Source: a virus | Lineage: Duplodnaviria > Caudoviricetes | Strand: one strand, 5' to 3' | Length of the DNA: 54,707 bases | IMG/VR virus record: IMGVR_UViG_3300025809_000025 | Span: 1 to 54,707 of that record | Shown here: positions 35,701 to 44,600 of the stretch, in pieces | How the letters are laid out: the number at the start of each line of letters is the position of its first letter | Position numbering within the stretch: the first letter of the stretch is position 1 | The notes under the pieces: model-generated | Told to the model about the DNA's origin: nothing | The model's database searches: none | What the model saw: the letters and a program-made list of their open reading frames with translations, nothing else | Position numbers and translations under genes: made by a program

Positions 35701-37654
35701 CATTGACAGATATGCCTCTAGTCTGTTTTCCTGTAAGAGCTGGCGCATCTATCTCAGCTTCCTTATGGACGTAAACGCCTGACACCTGATCCATAAACGA
35801 TGTAGGAACACCGTTCGCAGACAGGTCAGCCATAACACCAGCTAGGGTATTTGTCGCATCTTCCGCACGATCACCATAAGCCTCGTCTATAGTAGGAAGA
35901 CTTTTTCCTTTAGGCTTTTGCGTAGTTGGAATTTGAATTGAGTCGTTGCGATCAAAGATTCTATCAATGTCATCTTGATCTATAGCCTCTACAATAACAT
36001 CGGTATTGTTAGGGTCTAATGCTTCTGGGCTATTAGCCTTTACTGATAAATCTAATAACTGTTCTTGTACTGGTTTTTGAGCTGGAGATATTTCTGCATC
36101 CCACCTATGGTCAGATCCAAACTCTCTCTTACCTTGGGGTACAGCTCTTCCTCCAAACATGGGAGATGAGGGGAAGTCTGTGACTATATCTGCCTGAGGA
36201 GCTTGAGGGGATGGGGGTAATGTGTTTTCCCCGAACTCTTTATTTTCTTGATCAACCGCAACTTTAGTAACCTGAAGCGGGTCAGCTTTAGCGTCAACCT
36301 CAGGAACTTCAATCTGAGTCCCGTCATAATCTGTCAGCTCAGATAGCCCAGCTTCTCTACGCTCTGCGTTTGATAAAGGAGGGTTGTCATCAAGGAATGA
36401 GGTGTCACCAACATCTATAGTAGTTCGACCATTTCTTGCATTATTTTCTGCTTCAGAAAACATCTCTTTTATTCGAAGAGCAAACTCAGGGTCATTTACT
36501 GACCTTGTTCGAACCTCTTTAGCGTCGTCGCCTAACTTAACATCTTGACTATAACCGCCGGTCGCACCCTTAAAAGCACCACCTACTGAACCAGTAACGC
36601 CACCAAATAAAAACCCAGCTGCTGCGGATTCTATTAAGGCTCCGCGCTTTCTTTCATTACTTAAATAATCAAAGTATTCTCTTTGTTCATTATCGCTGTA
36701 GTTGTTGTTGACATAAGATATTATCTCTTCCTCAACAATTAACTGTAACGCTTCGGTGCCACCCTCTACTCCCATCTGAGTTGTTGCGTCTTTTACAAAC
36801 TGACCAACCCATGCAGGTTTATCATTGACAGCTCCTGAAATAAACTCACCAACCTCATCCGCTTTTCCTTTAGGCAAAAACTTATTGAGTGCTGTAAAAG
36901 CAGGGATCGCATTTAAAGCACCTATTGTTAAACCAGAAACAGCAGCTGCGACTGGCGCTTCTTCGCCTGTCTCTTCTAGCGTTCTGGAGAACGTGCTAGA
37001 CGCTCCCTGCTGTGTTCCATAAAGAACTGCCCCAGCAGTTGCGCCTCTAGTCGTTAACTTTGCAACTTTATCTGCTGCAAATTTATCCGCCATGTTTCTT
37101 GCAATCTTATCTGCCGCTTGTTTTTCGAGACCTTCCTTAAGTAAACGGTCTGAAGCTTGTTGAGCCAGCGTGTCCGCCATCTCTCCAACGCCCTTCTTTA
37201 CAGCCTGCTTTGTTACTAATCCACCAACTCCACCTGTAGCCGCCATTCCGGCTAAATCCGGAACAACTGAACCCAAGGTATAGGCAGCCCATGCACCAAA
37301 GTCTGTAGCGCTGTCTATATCTTGAAAGGTTACGTCAGGGGCGTACTGCTCTGCTTCTTTGGTTTGCTCTTGGTAGTATTCAATACCTTCAGTAACCATC
37401 TCCTCATCGCCAATTACAGATCCAGTCAAAGCCTTTAGCCCTCCGCCGAGAGCCTGCATGTTATCGACACCACCTTTTAGACCGCGAACGAAATTACCGT
37501 CAACCTCTGGAGCTGCGGCTAAAGTTGGATCGAGTTCTGGAGATGAATCAGGCTGACCCTCAGCAGGCTGAAGGTTGTTGTCTTCTTCTAGTAAAGCATC
37601 TCGGGCTGCGTAGTACTCGCTCTTAGAGAACTGAGTTACAGACTTTAACGGCAT
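29723..37654 (-). CDS. Giant internal virion / DNA-ejection protein (large polyvalent protein with LPD38-like C-terminus)
   Basis: 2643 aa; Gly/Ala-rich N-terminal ejection region (EGGTEALQ); HEIYH zincin motif; C-terminal N.LRD.QT...EN..RLSAY...AKDLTVNFNRKG...FLFFNAAVQG...NKNFFG..I pattern. Confidence 0.8.
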   Translation of the reverse strand: MPLKSVTQFSKSEYYAARDALLEEDNNLQPAEGQPDSSPELDPTLAAAPEVDGNFVRGLKGGVDNMQALGGGLKALTGSVIGDEEMVTEGIEYYQEQTKEAEQYAPDVTFQDIDSATDFGAWAAYTLGSVVPDLAGMAATGGVGGLVTKQAVKKGVGEMADTLAQQASDRLLKEGLEKQAADKIARNMADKFAADKVAKLTTRGATAGAVLYGTQQGASSTFSRTLEETGEEAPVAAAVSGLTIGALNAIPAFTALNKFLPKGKADEVGEFISGAVNDKPAWVGQFVKDATTQMGVEGGTEALQLIVEEEIISYVNNNYSDNEQREYFDYLSNERKRGALIESAAAGFLFGGVTGSVGGAFKGATGGYSQDVKLGDDAKEVRTRSVNDPEFALRIKEMFSEAENNARNGRTTIDVGDTSFLDDNPPLSNAERREAGLSELTDYDGTQIEVPEVDAKADPLQVTKVAVDQENKEFGENTLPPSPQAPQADIVTDFPSSPMFGGRAVPQGKREFGSDHRWDAEISPAQKPVQEQLLDLSVKANSPEALDPNNTDVIVEAIDQDDIDRIFDRNDSIQIPTTQKPKGKSLPTIDEAYGDRAEDATNTLAGVMADLSANGVPTSFMDQVSGVYVHKEAEIDAPALTGKQTRGISVNEDLINGSMTDQDVLGELAWTMTHEIYHAADFSMGLSDKDSRFGIQIDESIDEPTVVMGDIMEEIYDNWEQGSALGKRFDYPFNDLQAHILDPEKDNAKVNSTMREEVFAQLGALFHSNPKELQELAPQAYNYIKEIRDNNLQTAQAVEVNDEAPTSISTPDTSQPEGISGEVRAPPESRSVEVVQPESAGRDGEASTGDGRADTSVAGQVQEEAGQRERSDVQKPSVKGLTVSEQTERGNRLYTAAQGDLGTKNGYYTERNRKNYVAGYRDGYQNKNGLSYKLDDNSDSRGGIYSGGYLSGSIDLRKETDVSKLINIKSTEDTPVTINLSAKKPAFKKAENWEDTGTLTVTFSDGDRYQVYFDEDAADAEFGALPNDRNSGGEGVYYQSIDGKIFDDYLGTTKKEALQTIIDHREKLFAEGKNSFNTPLDPNVGRDTEFKAWDFIQDKGAVTEKQLRTKFKSLEDNQFENLKQSILSEKDDAEDVVVLEDGNYLSYEYVQEKQLDDTAADLDDLNFIKKGAEYLLQTSEGDVREKSAKGKPNSAITKVISPKNADAQLPLLKELVDRHPDALGSVDSWLAFERDLTGSNETLRPPHGLIALYNDIDLWAKTHSRLTKEQIEAADRGLQTAYKMGELYGSGNALPEHTSKLMLWGMLSRMLTASSQEAAFVDLLTKNNAVSELSEKALQGNVTQDDLAEWRNKVPNLIPQGSFGKGGTSNANAFGSLMIKLSEVDEQGVSKLQKLHNLIEDRSTPTSEVRRQFQGMLENAGIDNKVFSFLMLMTGRDDVVILDRIQLNTMWDSGRYGKLIYDDIADEFNGLHGVARYEVMEKSLALKVGQLYEAIGRPEDASVGRYHWESWVLNSGQVVAHPTMQGIVKDMEGNADPYAFMGAPEGKQNTFAYGAIYARDEAGEPYFIYNDSKGEPYRLSRDEFRNFLNEIKKPKAGVLPKNFKVSTYDKGFPWYEAEGVNRERLDEILKENAGRKATQREYAFEGTLQSQPDTDVSRQELDSPPEEVSFVKKKINNAKNNTLDDGTPSTNRFSYNDEIDGQSDLARRLKGKKIYRSLVDRYAPLEDFENQAADFLDKGRLPAGLSARDQENLSHGKIQNDLDAFHENYVDPLGDLIAELKVDPDSVGIYLIAKHAAERNDVIAEKVKAQRERNILRTERQIEKLQEDVEVDHTVQIANLQEKLQSYKTLPLQFQDTGSGMTYAEAESVLNLAEREGTKADMDRIAGKVYEMLQFQRDRMVESGLLDGESKADWEDTYEFYVPLKGFAAEEDGDKYVRSSSSRGFSIVGSESMKAKGRKTLPVNPLFTAIEDVQRKIIRARKNETAQTLLDLLSNLGNSDSYTIYNNKFRPPKPSDELTMQDLDQMSRDIRPNGDPKYVEVKKGGQTFFIEFRSDSLNHALQNMSVPMLSRANDDVSKVLTLATRFQTFRRNMLINYNPSWGLVNPLRDVQTGLMYALSSKDKLGSRVQGENLIGKMAASYLPSMRSMYRVMRGKPVRENTLDQYASEFMEDGASTGMMLVRDQDEQLRILKSKLKKGYTREALRAIGKWVEDFNTTMENSVRLSAYVEARKAGTDRETAATLAKDLTVNFNRKGENTAVVNAGFLFFNAAVQGNVNIAQALSSDTGKATTAQKTAAGLIALGGTLAAINILMSDDDDDDEKVYADLPEHAKNRSLLFMYNSDEGFALPASYGYNFFTNIGRLGVEMSFGVNTPEESALYLWENLLLNFVPVAPSSGDSWEEQMRGFYPDLLEVHLDMLANKNFFGSDIYIEQNPFIVERSNAYNSRRSTDKAFTAAAEFLNDATGGDKYTDGFVSMNPDKMEYVYEYFLGGVGRFVSQSSDVSARMMADEDFRKQDLPIVGTFFESPSEYEDRFEFYANWDESRKIEAKLKDAVEAGDQGELVQLRNKYQSFIPVIEGGRNSLYKMSNRDLRNISKTRKLVERQDIPEERRRELLDKLLENENKIFDLYNKMYRKAEKGIRD

Positions 37655-37668
37655 AAATTCTCACCAAG

Positions 37669-39141
37669 TTATTTCAGTAAATTTAACTTCTCAAGCTGAT
37701 CTAAAAGCCCAGCCGCATCTTCGATCTCACCGTCTTCGTTGTAGTACCCTTGAAGAATTGACGCGTTCTGATAGTTGAACGATGCGTTGCTTCTAGACAT
37801 GAGCTCTCCAAGGTTTGCCGCCTTAATTCCTTTGGGTAGTGGGGCTGATGCAAGAGCTGAACTGGTGGACTCAAACCACTCCTGAATCTTAAATTGCTCA
37901 GAGGTGTCGTCTGTCGGTCCAAACAGCATCTCGTGTTCAATTTCTCGGCGATATTTATCTGTCTTCGTCATGCTTAACTTCTCAGACACGGACGCACTTG
38001 CCATCGCAGGCTGCTGGAAAAGCATGCTTTCCTTAGGGCTCGCACCGCTTTGAATGCCCTTTCTAACCGTCTCCAGTTTAGCGTTAACAGCTGCATCAAA
38101 ATCCTTGTTACCACCGTACATAGTGTGAATCTTTGCGGCTCTTACATCCCTGCTGATCTTTGGACCAATCTGCTGGATCATGTGAGCCGTTCCCGCCATT
38201 GCTTGAGCCATTTCTCCAAATTCAAGCTCTAACGGCTGATTGTCAGCAAAGTTTCTTTTTGATGTTAAAGGTGGGAAGTAGGGGTATGCATTACCTTCCT
38301 TATCTTCCGCCAGAACATAAAGACTTCCGCTTAGCTTGTTTCCATCAACAGACCCTACTTCATGAAGACCTTGCGATTTAATTCTCAACCCCTTTGACTT
38401 CATCCAATCAGGCGCGTTTGTAAATGATTCGTCTATCTGCCTCCCAATTGCAGCTGATTTATTTAGCCCCAATGCGCCGCCGAACGCCGCCCTTAATTCT
38501 GGAGTCATTTCTGCGTTTGCTCCTGATGCAATATCCCCCATAAAAGTCTGCACCGCTGACATGCTACGGGCTGTTTGAGGAGATGTAAGATACCCAAGAT
38601 TAAAGGACGACTGACTGCCATTTTCGTCTATAAGCTCTGATATGCGCTCGTAGTCATCAGGTCCGAGACCGTTAGCTTGGGAAGCTTTAGAATAATTGTA
38701 GATTTCCTGTACGTTTATAGCTCCTTTCTCACGGCTTACCTTTTGCTGCCTTTCATCTGCTTGAGACTGGTAATTGCTTTCCTGAGCTTTGTTCTCAGCT
38801 ATCTCGGACAGACCTTTTTTGTAATCAATAGATTCAGGGTTTGTTGCATTCTTTGCTTTAATATTTGATGTTTGTGCATTTAACAAGGCAGCCTGACCAG
38901 AGAGTCCGGCGTTCTCTGCTTGTATCCGAGCTGTATTGGCACGTAAGCCTGCAAGAAGCGAATCGCTTTCTTGACCGGCTCTTTTTATTTTTAGGTCTTC
39001 TTCTCTGTACCCTCTAAGGTCACTTGCCTGCTGTCTTTTGTATTCCTGATCAGCTTCTATCTGATCACGCTTTAGCTCACGATCCTTAACGTCACTTATT
39101 AGCCCGAAGCCACTTCTAAAACCGTCTGCAAAACCTGCCAT
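37669..39141 (-). CDS. Internal virion (ejection) protein
   Basis: MAGFADGFRSGFGL N-terminus and coiled coil; directly upstream of the giant protein. Confidence 0.65.
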   Translation of the reverse strand: MAGFADGFRSGFGLISDVKDRELKRDQIEADQEYKRQQASDLRGYREEDLKIKRAGQESDSLLAGLRANTARIQAENAGLSGQAALLNAQTSNIKAKNATNPESIDYKKGLSEIAENKAQESNYQSQADERQQKVSREKGAINVQEIYNYSKASQANGLGPDDYERISELIDENGSQSSFNLGYLTSPQTARSMSAVQTFMGDIASGANAEMTPELRAAFGGALGLNKSAAIGRQIDESFTNAPDWMKSKGLRIKSQGLHEVGSVDGNKLSGSLYVLAEDKEGNAYPYFPPLTSKRNFADNQPLELEFGEMAQAMAGTAHMIQQIGPKISRDVRAAKIHTMYGGNKDFDAAVNAKLETVRKGIQSGASPKESMLFQQPAMASASVSEKLSMTKTDKYRREIEHEMLFGPTDDTSEQFKIQEWFESTSSALASAPLPKGIKAANLGELMSRSNASFNYQNASILQGYYNEDGEIEDAAGLLDQLEKLNLLK

Positions 39142-39150
39142 GATAAATAC

Positions 39151-39789
39151 CTAGTCGAATAATTTGTTAAGTAAGAACGCCACGCCTAAGCCAATAGCTA
39201 TTGGTGCTGCTAGCGTAGATAGGGCTGCCATAGGTCCAGTGGATGCTGCTGCCGCAGTTGCTGTACTGGCGGCTCCAGTGGCTGCACCTGTAGCTCCGGC
39301 TGCTGCACCTGTAGTTCCCGCTGCCGCACCTGTGGCTCCCGCTGCTGCGCCTGTGGCTCCGGCTGCTGCACCTGTAGTTCCCGCTGCTGCGCCTGTGCCA
39401 GTAGCGCTTAGCGCGGCTCCAGCGTCAGCCATGCCAGCTGCGCTCTCGATAGCCATACTTGCCGCTTCCCCAGTAAGAGTCTCTGCCCCAGCAACGGCAG
39501 GCGTAAAGGTTAAACCTCCACCCGAAGTTCCAGCCGTTCCCAAACCTTGTATAGAATTATTCAAAGCGCCTACAGCTTCAGTCGCGGTTCTTCCAGCTTC
39601 TGCCATTTTGGTCGCGCCAACCATTCCGCCAATACCAGCGCCAGTTCCTAACGTCGAAGATTCGGCTGCGTCCTCTCTAGCTTTCTGCGCCATCCTTTGC
39701 TGAGCTAGGACACTATCAGCTCTAGCTACCTCTGCCATCCCTCTGTTTGCAAGACCTCTAAGACCTTGTCCTACCGCAATCATTGTCAT
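39151..39789 (-). CDS. Internal virion protein, Gly/Ala/Thr-rich
   Basis: GAAAG(A/T)T heptapeptide repeats and a C-terminal hydrophobic helix. Confidence 0.65.
   Translation of the reverse strand: MTMIAVGQGLRGLANRGMAEVARADSVLAQQRMAQKAREDAAESSTLGTGAGIGGMVGATKMAEAGRTATEAVGALNNSIQGLGTAGTSGGGLTFTPAVAGAETLTGEAASMAIESAAGMADAGAALSATGTGAAAGTTGAAAGATGAAAGATGAAAGTTGAAAGATGAATGAASTATAAAASTGPMAALSTLAAPIAIGLGVAFLLNKLFD
39270..39400. repeat. ~21-bp tandem repeat encoding GAAAG(A/T)T
   Basis: About six degenerate copies of GCTGC(A/G)CCTGT(A/G)G(C/T)TCC(G/C)GC(T/C). Confidence 0.75.
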
Positions 39790-40298
39790 TGTCCTGTACT
39801 CCTTGCCTTCTGCGAGATTCCTGATAGAGAGCCTGAAAGGATTGACTGGCGACGATCTGCATCTCTTAGTCTTGTATCGTTAAGTCCACCAACTAAGCCA
39901 CCCACAGCGGTTGTGCTGTTAGATATGTTGCTTCTGTTTTGCAAACCCATTCGAGCCATGTTGCGGTCTTGTTGACCCTGAACATTGGTTACTGCACTTC
40001 CCATATTTGAGCGGGTACGTTCCAGATCTGCACCCAAGGACTTAGTCCCTGTTGCGGTTATTTGCCCTGCCAGAAAATCTTCCATCGGGGCAAATCGCGT
40101 ATTATAGTCTTGAGTCTGAGCCCTAATTAAATCGGCATATAACTGGTCTCCGGGATTGTCTTCGGGACTCATGCCAGAATATCTGTAAGGGTTAATGTTT
40201 GAATAAGGATTACTGCCACCCGAGAAGTTGTAAAAGTTACCAACAGCTCCTGCTACTTCTGGGTTTAACATACCCATATAGCCTCTAAAGTCCATCAT
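39786..40298 (-). CDS. Putative internal virion protein
   Basis: 170 aa (YADLIRAQ..DY..RF.P.E) in the ejection-protein cluster. Confidence 0.6.
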   Translation of the reverse strand: MMDFRGYMGMLNPEVAGAVGNFYNFSGGSNPYSNINPYRYSGMSPEDNPGDQLYADLIRAQTQDYNTRFAPMEDFLAGQITATGTKSLGADLERTRSNMGSAVTNVQGQQDRNMARMGLQNRSNISNSTTAVGGLVGGLNDTRLRDADRRQSILSGSLSGISQKARSTGQ

Positions 40299-40864
40299 TA
40301 GCCTCCACCTCCTAAGCCATATCCTGCCGCCATGCCGGCACCAGTACCTGCAATAGATGCGAGACTTTGTGATCTAGAAAAGTCTGCTTTCGCTGCGGCA
40401 CCGGCTCTATCTAAACTGTTCTGCATACGATCAATGTTTCCAGTCATTGCTTGAGTTTGAAGACCCTGACCCATTGCTATTACATTACCCAAACCTTGGT
40501 AGGCAGCATCTGTATAACCAAGACCTGCATCTGCACCAGCAAGACCCATACCTCTAGCCTGAGCCTGTCTTAATGCTGATGACTCACCCTGAGCACGACC
40601 AGACATGGGGTCTAATCCCATATTGAATTGAGCGCCTTGCATATCTCCAAAGCCTTGCTCATAGATAGCAGAGGTCTGATTTTGTGCAGACGCCATTGCA
40701 GCATCAGAAGCACCATCAGCAAACATTGCTTTAGTGTCATCAATAAACATGTTCTCTAAAGGGACAAACACATCACCGTAACGTCGCAATGCATTAGCTG
40801 CCTGCTGAGCTAGCGCCTCTTTACTCTCTAATTCCTTTGGATCGCTTCCGCCACCACCGCCCAT
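40298..40864 (-). CDS. Putative internal virion protein
   Basis: MGGGGGS N-terminus, Gly/Ala/Gln-rich; follows the acetyltransferase-like gene as in many podoviruses. Confidence 0.65.
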   Translation of the reverse strand: MGGGGGSDPKELESKEALAQQAANALRRYGDVFVPLENMFIDDTKAMFADGASDAAMASAQNQTSAIYEQGFGDMQGAQFNMGLDPMSGRAQGESSALRQAQARGMGLAGADAGLGYTDAAYQGLGNVIAMGQGLQTQAMTGNIDRMQNSLDRAGAAAKADFSRSQSLASIAGTGAGMAAGYGLGGGG

Positions 40865-40871
40865 AAATCAC

Positions 40872-41276
40872 CTATAGCTCTTTGTTTAAAACTGCCCATT
40901 GAAGTTGATAACCGCTGGCTTGAGCCAACGACCAAAGCCCCTTGTGAGGGGACAAAAATTCGATTTGTTTATGCCCTGTGTTTCGGGCAAGGGTTTCTAG
41001 CTCTTCGCAGTAGGTAGCCAGACTATTTTCAACTGGGTCATAAGCTATCCAGATGAGTAGTTTTGCGGCTTGCTGGAATGGAATCCTAACCGACTGAAGA
41101 ATTATAAAACCCGTAGTCGTCCGTGCAGGGTCCATAAGGATGTGAGCCTCTCCACGTACACATTCAGCGTATACATCTTCGAGTCTCCAGTCGGCAGAGG
41201 TATCTTTAGATACGTGTTCTAGACCGACCTTTACGGTGTCCCAGACTTCTCTTATATTGACAAAATCTAACGACAC
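40872..41276 (-). CDS. GNAT-fold-like podovirus morphogenesis protein
   Basis: W..V..GL...W..EDVY..C..G...GFIIL...LLIWIAY...LAR..G...I.F.S...GW-like pattern. Confidence 0.6.
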   Translation of the reverse strand: MSLDFVNIREVWDTVKVGLEHVSKDTSADWRLEDVYAECVRGEAHILMDPARTTTGFIILQSVRIPFQQAAKLLIWIAYDPVENSLATYCEELETLARNTGHKQIEFLSPHKGLWSLAQASGYQLQWAVLNKEL

Positions 41277-41329
41277 TCGTTACTCCTATCATACTTTAAA
41301 ATCAAGTAAATTACTAAAAAAAGTAATTA

Positions 41330-41677
41330 TTACGCTTTGGGGTAGGAGTCTTTTACTTCTTTTATTGCTGTAAAGAACTCACCTGTTTCATTAAGTGTGC
41401 CGTTGTCTATATCGTGAAACAGTTTGTCTAACTGATTTGCAATGCTTGGGTAAGTTAATGCCCTAGACTCTGCGTATGTAGGCTCTGGAGCTGTTGCCGT
41501 AACATACTGAATTACTGTTCCAAACTCGTCATCAACAACATAATCTACTTCATCTCTTGGCAACCTATCCGGAGCTGGTGCATACGCATACCATCCTGAC
41601 TGGTCCTTCATGCCTGCTTGTGGACCTGCCGTTATGCGTCCCTCACCTGTATCAAATTGAACATAAAGTTGTGTCAT
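41330..41677 (-). CDS. Tail-fibre-associated protein
   Basis: Y...R...YPSI..QLD.L.HDI..G.....G.F...IK.VK..YPK C-terminal motif. Confidence 0.65.
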   Translation of the reverse strand: MTQLYVQFDTGEGRITAGPQAGMKDQSGWYAYAPAPDRLPRDEVDYVVDDEFGTVIQYVTATAPEPTYAESRALTYPSIANQLDKLFHDIDNGTLNETGEFFTAIKEVKDSYPKA

Positions 41678-44600
41678 TATCGTAGGCTCATAGCTATGCC
41701 TTCTAAGGCGTAAATTTTATCCATCACCCAATTTTTGTATGGCTGGCTGCTTGGAACGTAGTACTTGTTCGCGTTGTAAACTCCAATCCTAATTTCAAAA
41801 TCAACAGCTGAGCTTGTCTTGGTGCCAAGACCGCCACTAATAGAGAACTGATATGGGTGGTAGTCAGACGCAGACCTGAAGAAAAAGTCATTAACCATAG
41901 TGTACTGATTGGTCAGGATCTGTCCGAACACAGACATGTTTGTGGTGATTGTTGATGTTGACGCTCTTGTGTAATAAATTCGAGTTCTATCTGTTGATGA
42001 CGTATAGCCGCTGGATGATGTGTTGCCGTAGGTGTAGCCCATTACCAGTAATGCAGATCCCGAAGAGACAAGGGATGTTACATCTCCAGCCACTTCAAAC
42101 CAGTAGATAATATAACCAAAGCCGTAATTTTGAGATCCGTGATTGGTTACAGTCCCTAGAGAAGGAGTAGAACTTGATGTGTCGTTTGTTTTCATCCATA
42201 GCTCTAATCTGTAGGCGTCGTCATTCTCAAACACACCCCAACCTTCCGCACTGATGTAAGCTCTTTTCTCTACACCGTCCGCCTGAGCAGGAATTTGACC
42301 TGTGAATATGACTTGCTCTGCTCCGTTAGGTGCATCAATTGCTACCGCCGAAGATAGAGAGAACGGAATCAGATCATTGATATCACCAGTTATTTGGTCA
42401 GCTCTTAGGTTCTCTACTGTTATGTTGGCAGCGTTTATTGTTCCTGAGGTTATCTTGTTAGCTGATATGTCACCTAAGGTTAGTGTGGGAACACCATTAA
42501 CAACCTGCGACGTAAGGAATACACCGTCAATGTTAAGGAGGGAGGTTGATATTTTTCCGCCCGAAATTCTATTTGCGTTTAACTGACCCGTAATGTTTGC
42601 AGTATCAATTGTAGCGTTGCCAATCTGTGCTGTAGTAATCGTACCGTTCTTAATGAACGCACCATCCATATAAACACCGGCAGGGACAATAACATTACCG
42701 TTCTCATCTTCTATATCCTCACCTTCAACCGTGAACGGAACTAAAACCTGAGTGTCATTTATGGGCTCGTTTGAAACTTGAGTCGAAGTCGTCTGAGGAT
42801 TTACGATGGCGAACCGATCAGCCCTAACAATAAATGCAGAGGTTGGTGTTCCGTCATCATTGCTCGTGTTAGACAACCCGAATCCGGCTATATGTCCTTG
42901 GTTGTCTACTTTTACGGAGTACTGTGATGAAAGTCCTGTCTCAGAATCTCCAACAATTTCCTGAGTAGTTTCAATAGCGGCTTTAATTCCGCTTGTTCCA
43001 TCTTCACCATTAACAACTACCTGAAGCGTGTCAATTTTACTTGCGCCAGTCTGGTCTGTCTCAGACCCAAATACCTCTAGATTTATTTTTGACGCAAAGT
43101 CAGCTCCAGCTAATAAGACAGCGTTATCTGGATTACCTTGATCCCAAAGTGCTGCTGATAACTGCGAAACTCTAGATGCATTACTATCACCATTCGGAAA
43201 CACTTCGGTCTGTACTTTGTCAAAAGCCTCGGACGTAGCCAGCTTTAATGTCCCTGACGTATCACTATTAACAAACATAGATGACGCTATGTTATCGACC
43301 TTATCAACCAACGCTCCACTGTTGTTTACCGTCGCATTAAGAGTCCCAAATTGAGCGGCTGTTGCCAAAGCTAGCTGCTCGTTACCATTAGAATCTGTGT
43401 CATAAAGAACCGCTCTTAAACCATCGATTCTAGAAGCTGAAACATTTCCATCGGGACCAAAAACCTCTGTTTGTAATGTTGAAAATGCGTCAGCATCCGC
43501 AAGCTTCACATTATTATTTTCATCAAATACGGCTGAACTGAGAGCGTCTATTTTAGAAGCTCCTGCCTGAGGGGTTACACCCTCACCGTACACGCTAGTG
43601 TTTAATACGGACACAGCACCGGAGGTTGCGGTAAGACCTGTTGTTGGATTTGTTATTGTCGCATCTAACGTGTCTATTCGAGATGAAGTCGCACCAGAAG
43701 GCGTTACTCCATTGCCCCAAACCTCAGTTTCTAACAGAGATAAGGCTCCGGCGCCTGCTAACTTAACATTGCCCCCAGAATCAAACATCGCATTATTTAA
43801 ATCAACCACATCCGACTGAACCGACGTAACAAGACCTGAAGGGGGATCAGTAGAGTCATCGTAAATAGCTGTTACTTTGTTGCTAAGAGCACCTAGAGCG
43901 CTGCCTGTAGCAAGTCTTGAGGTATCGTTAGCATTAAATACCTCAGCATCTAGGCTGGTTACTTTTTCCTGTATGGCGCTAATTTGAGTAACCGCGTCTG
44001 GGTCATTGGGGTTGTATATTGCAGTTACGTTATTAGTTAACCCGTCTAGCGCATCTACTGTAGCTAACTTAACCTGATTGCCATTAAATACCGCACCTTC
44101 CAATGCTGTAGATCTACCTTGTAGCGACTTAACCGCAGACGCTTCATTAGGGTTATCTGGATTATAGATAGCCTCAATGCTAGTTGTTAAACCATCAATG
44201 GAATTTTGCGTTGCTAATTGAACAACTCCTTCAGAATCAAAGACTGCTGACTCAAGATCAGTTACATCGCTTTGAATTGTTTTAACAAGTGATACTGCGT
44301 CTGGATCGTCAGGGTTATAGATAGCTTCAACAGATGTAGTAAGACCGGACAATGCAGAAGTAGTAGCAAGTAAAACATTTCCGCTAGAATCAAAAACGGA
44401 GTTATTTAAATCAGTTATGTCATCCTGAACAGACTTAACAACACTAGCATTTCCGCCATCATAGATTGCAGTAACACTATTGGACACTGTATTTAAAGCA
44501 GAACCTGTAGCTAATCTTGCAGACCCATCTGAATTAAATACTTCTCCTTCTAATGAAGTAATATCAGACTGAATTGTTTTTACAACAGACACTTCACTAG

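Noticed and set aside
39164-39703. Plus-strand 179-aa Ala/Pro/Val-rich ORF
   Set aside because: Antisense artefact of the GC-rich repeat in the internal virion gene.
364-40590. Other CTGATGA heptamers (near 364, 858, 15868, 27410, 40576) as further hammerheads
   Set aside because: They lie within coding regions and lack the stem II-GAAA-stem III-NUH arrangement.
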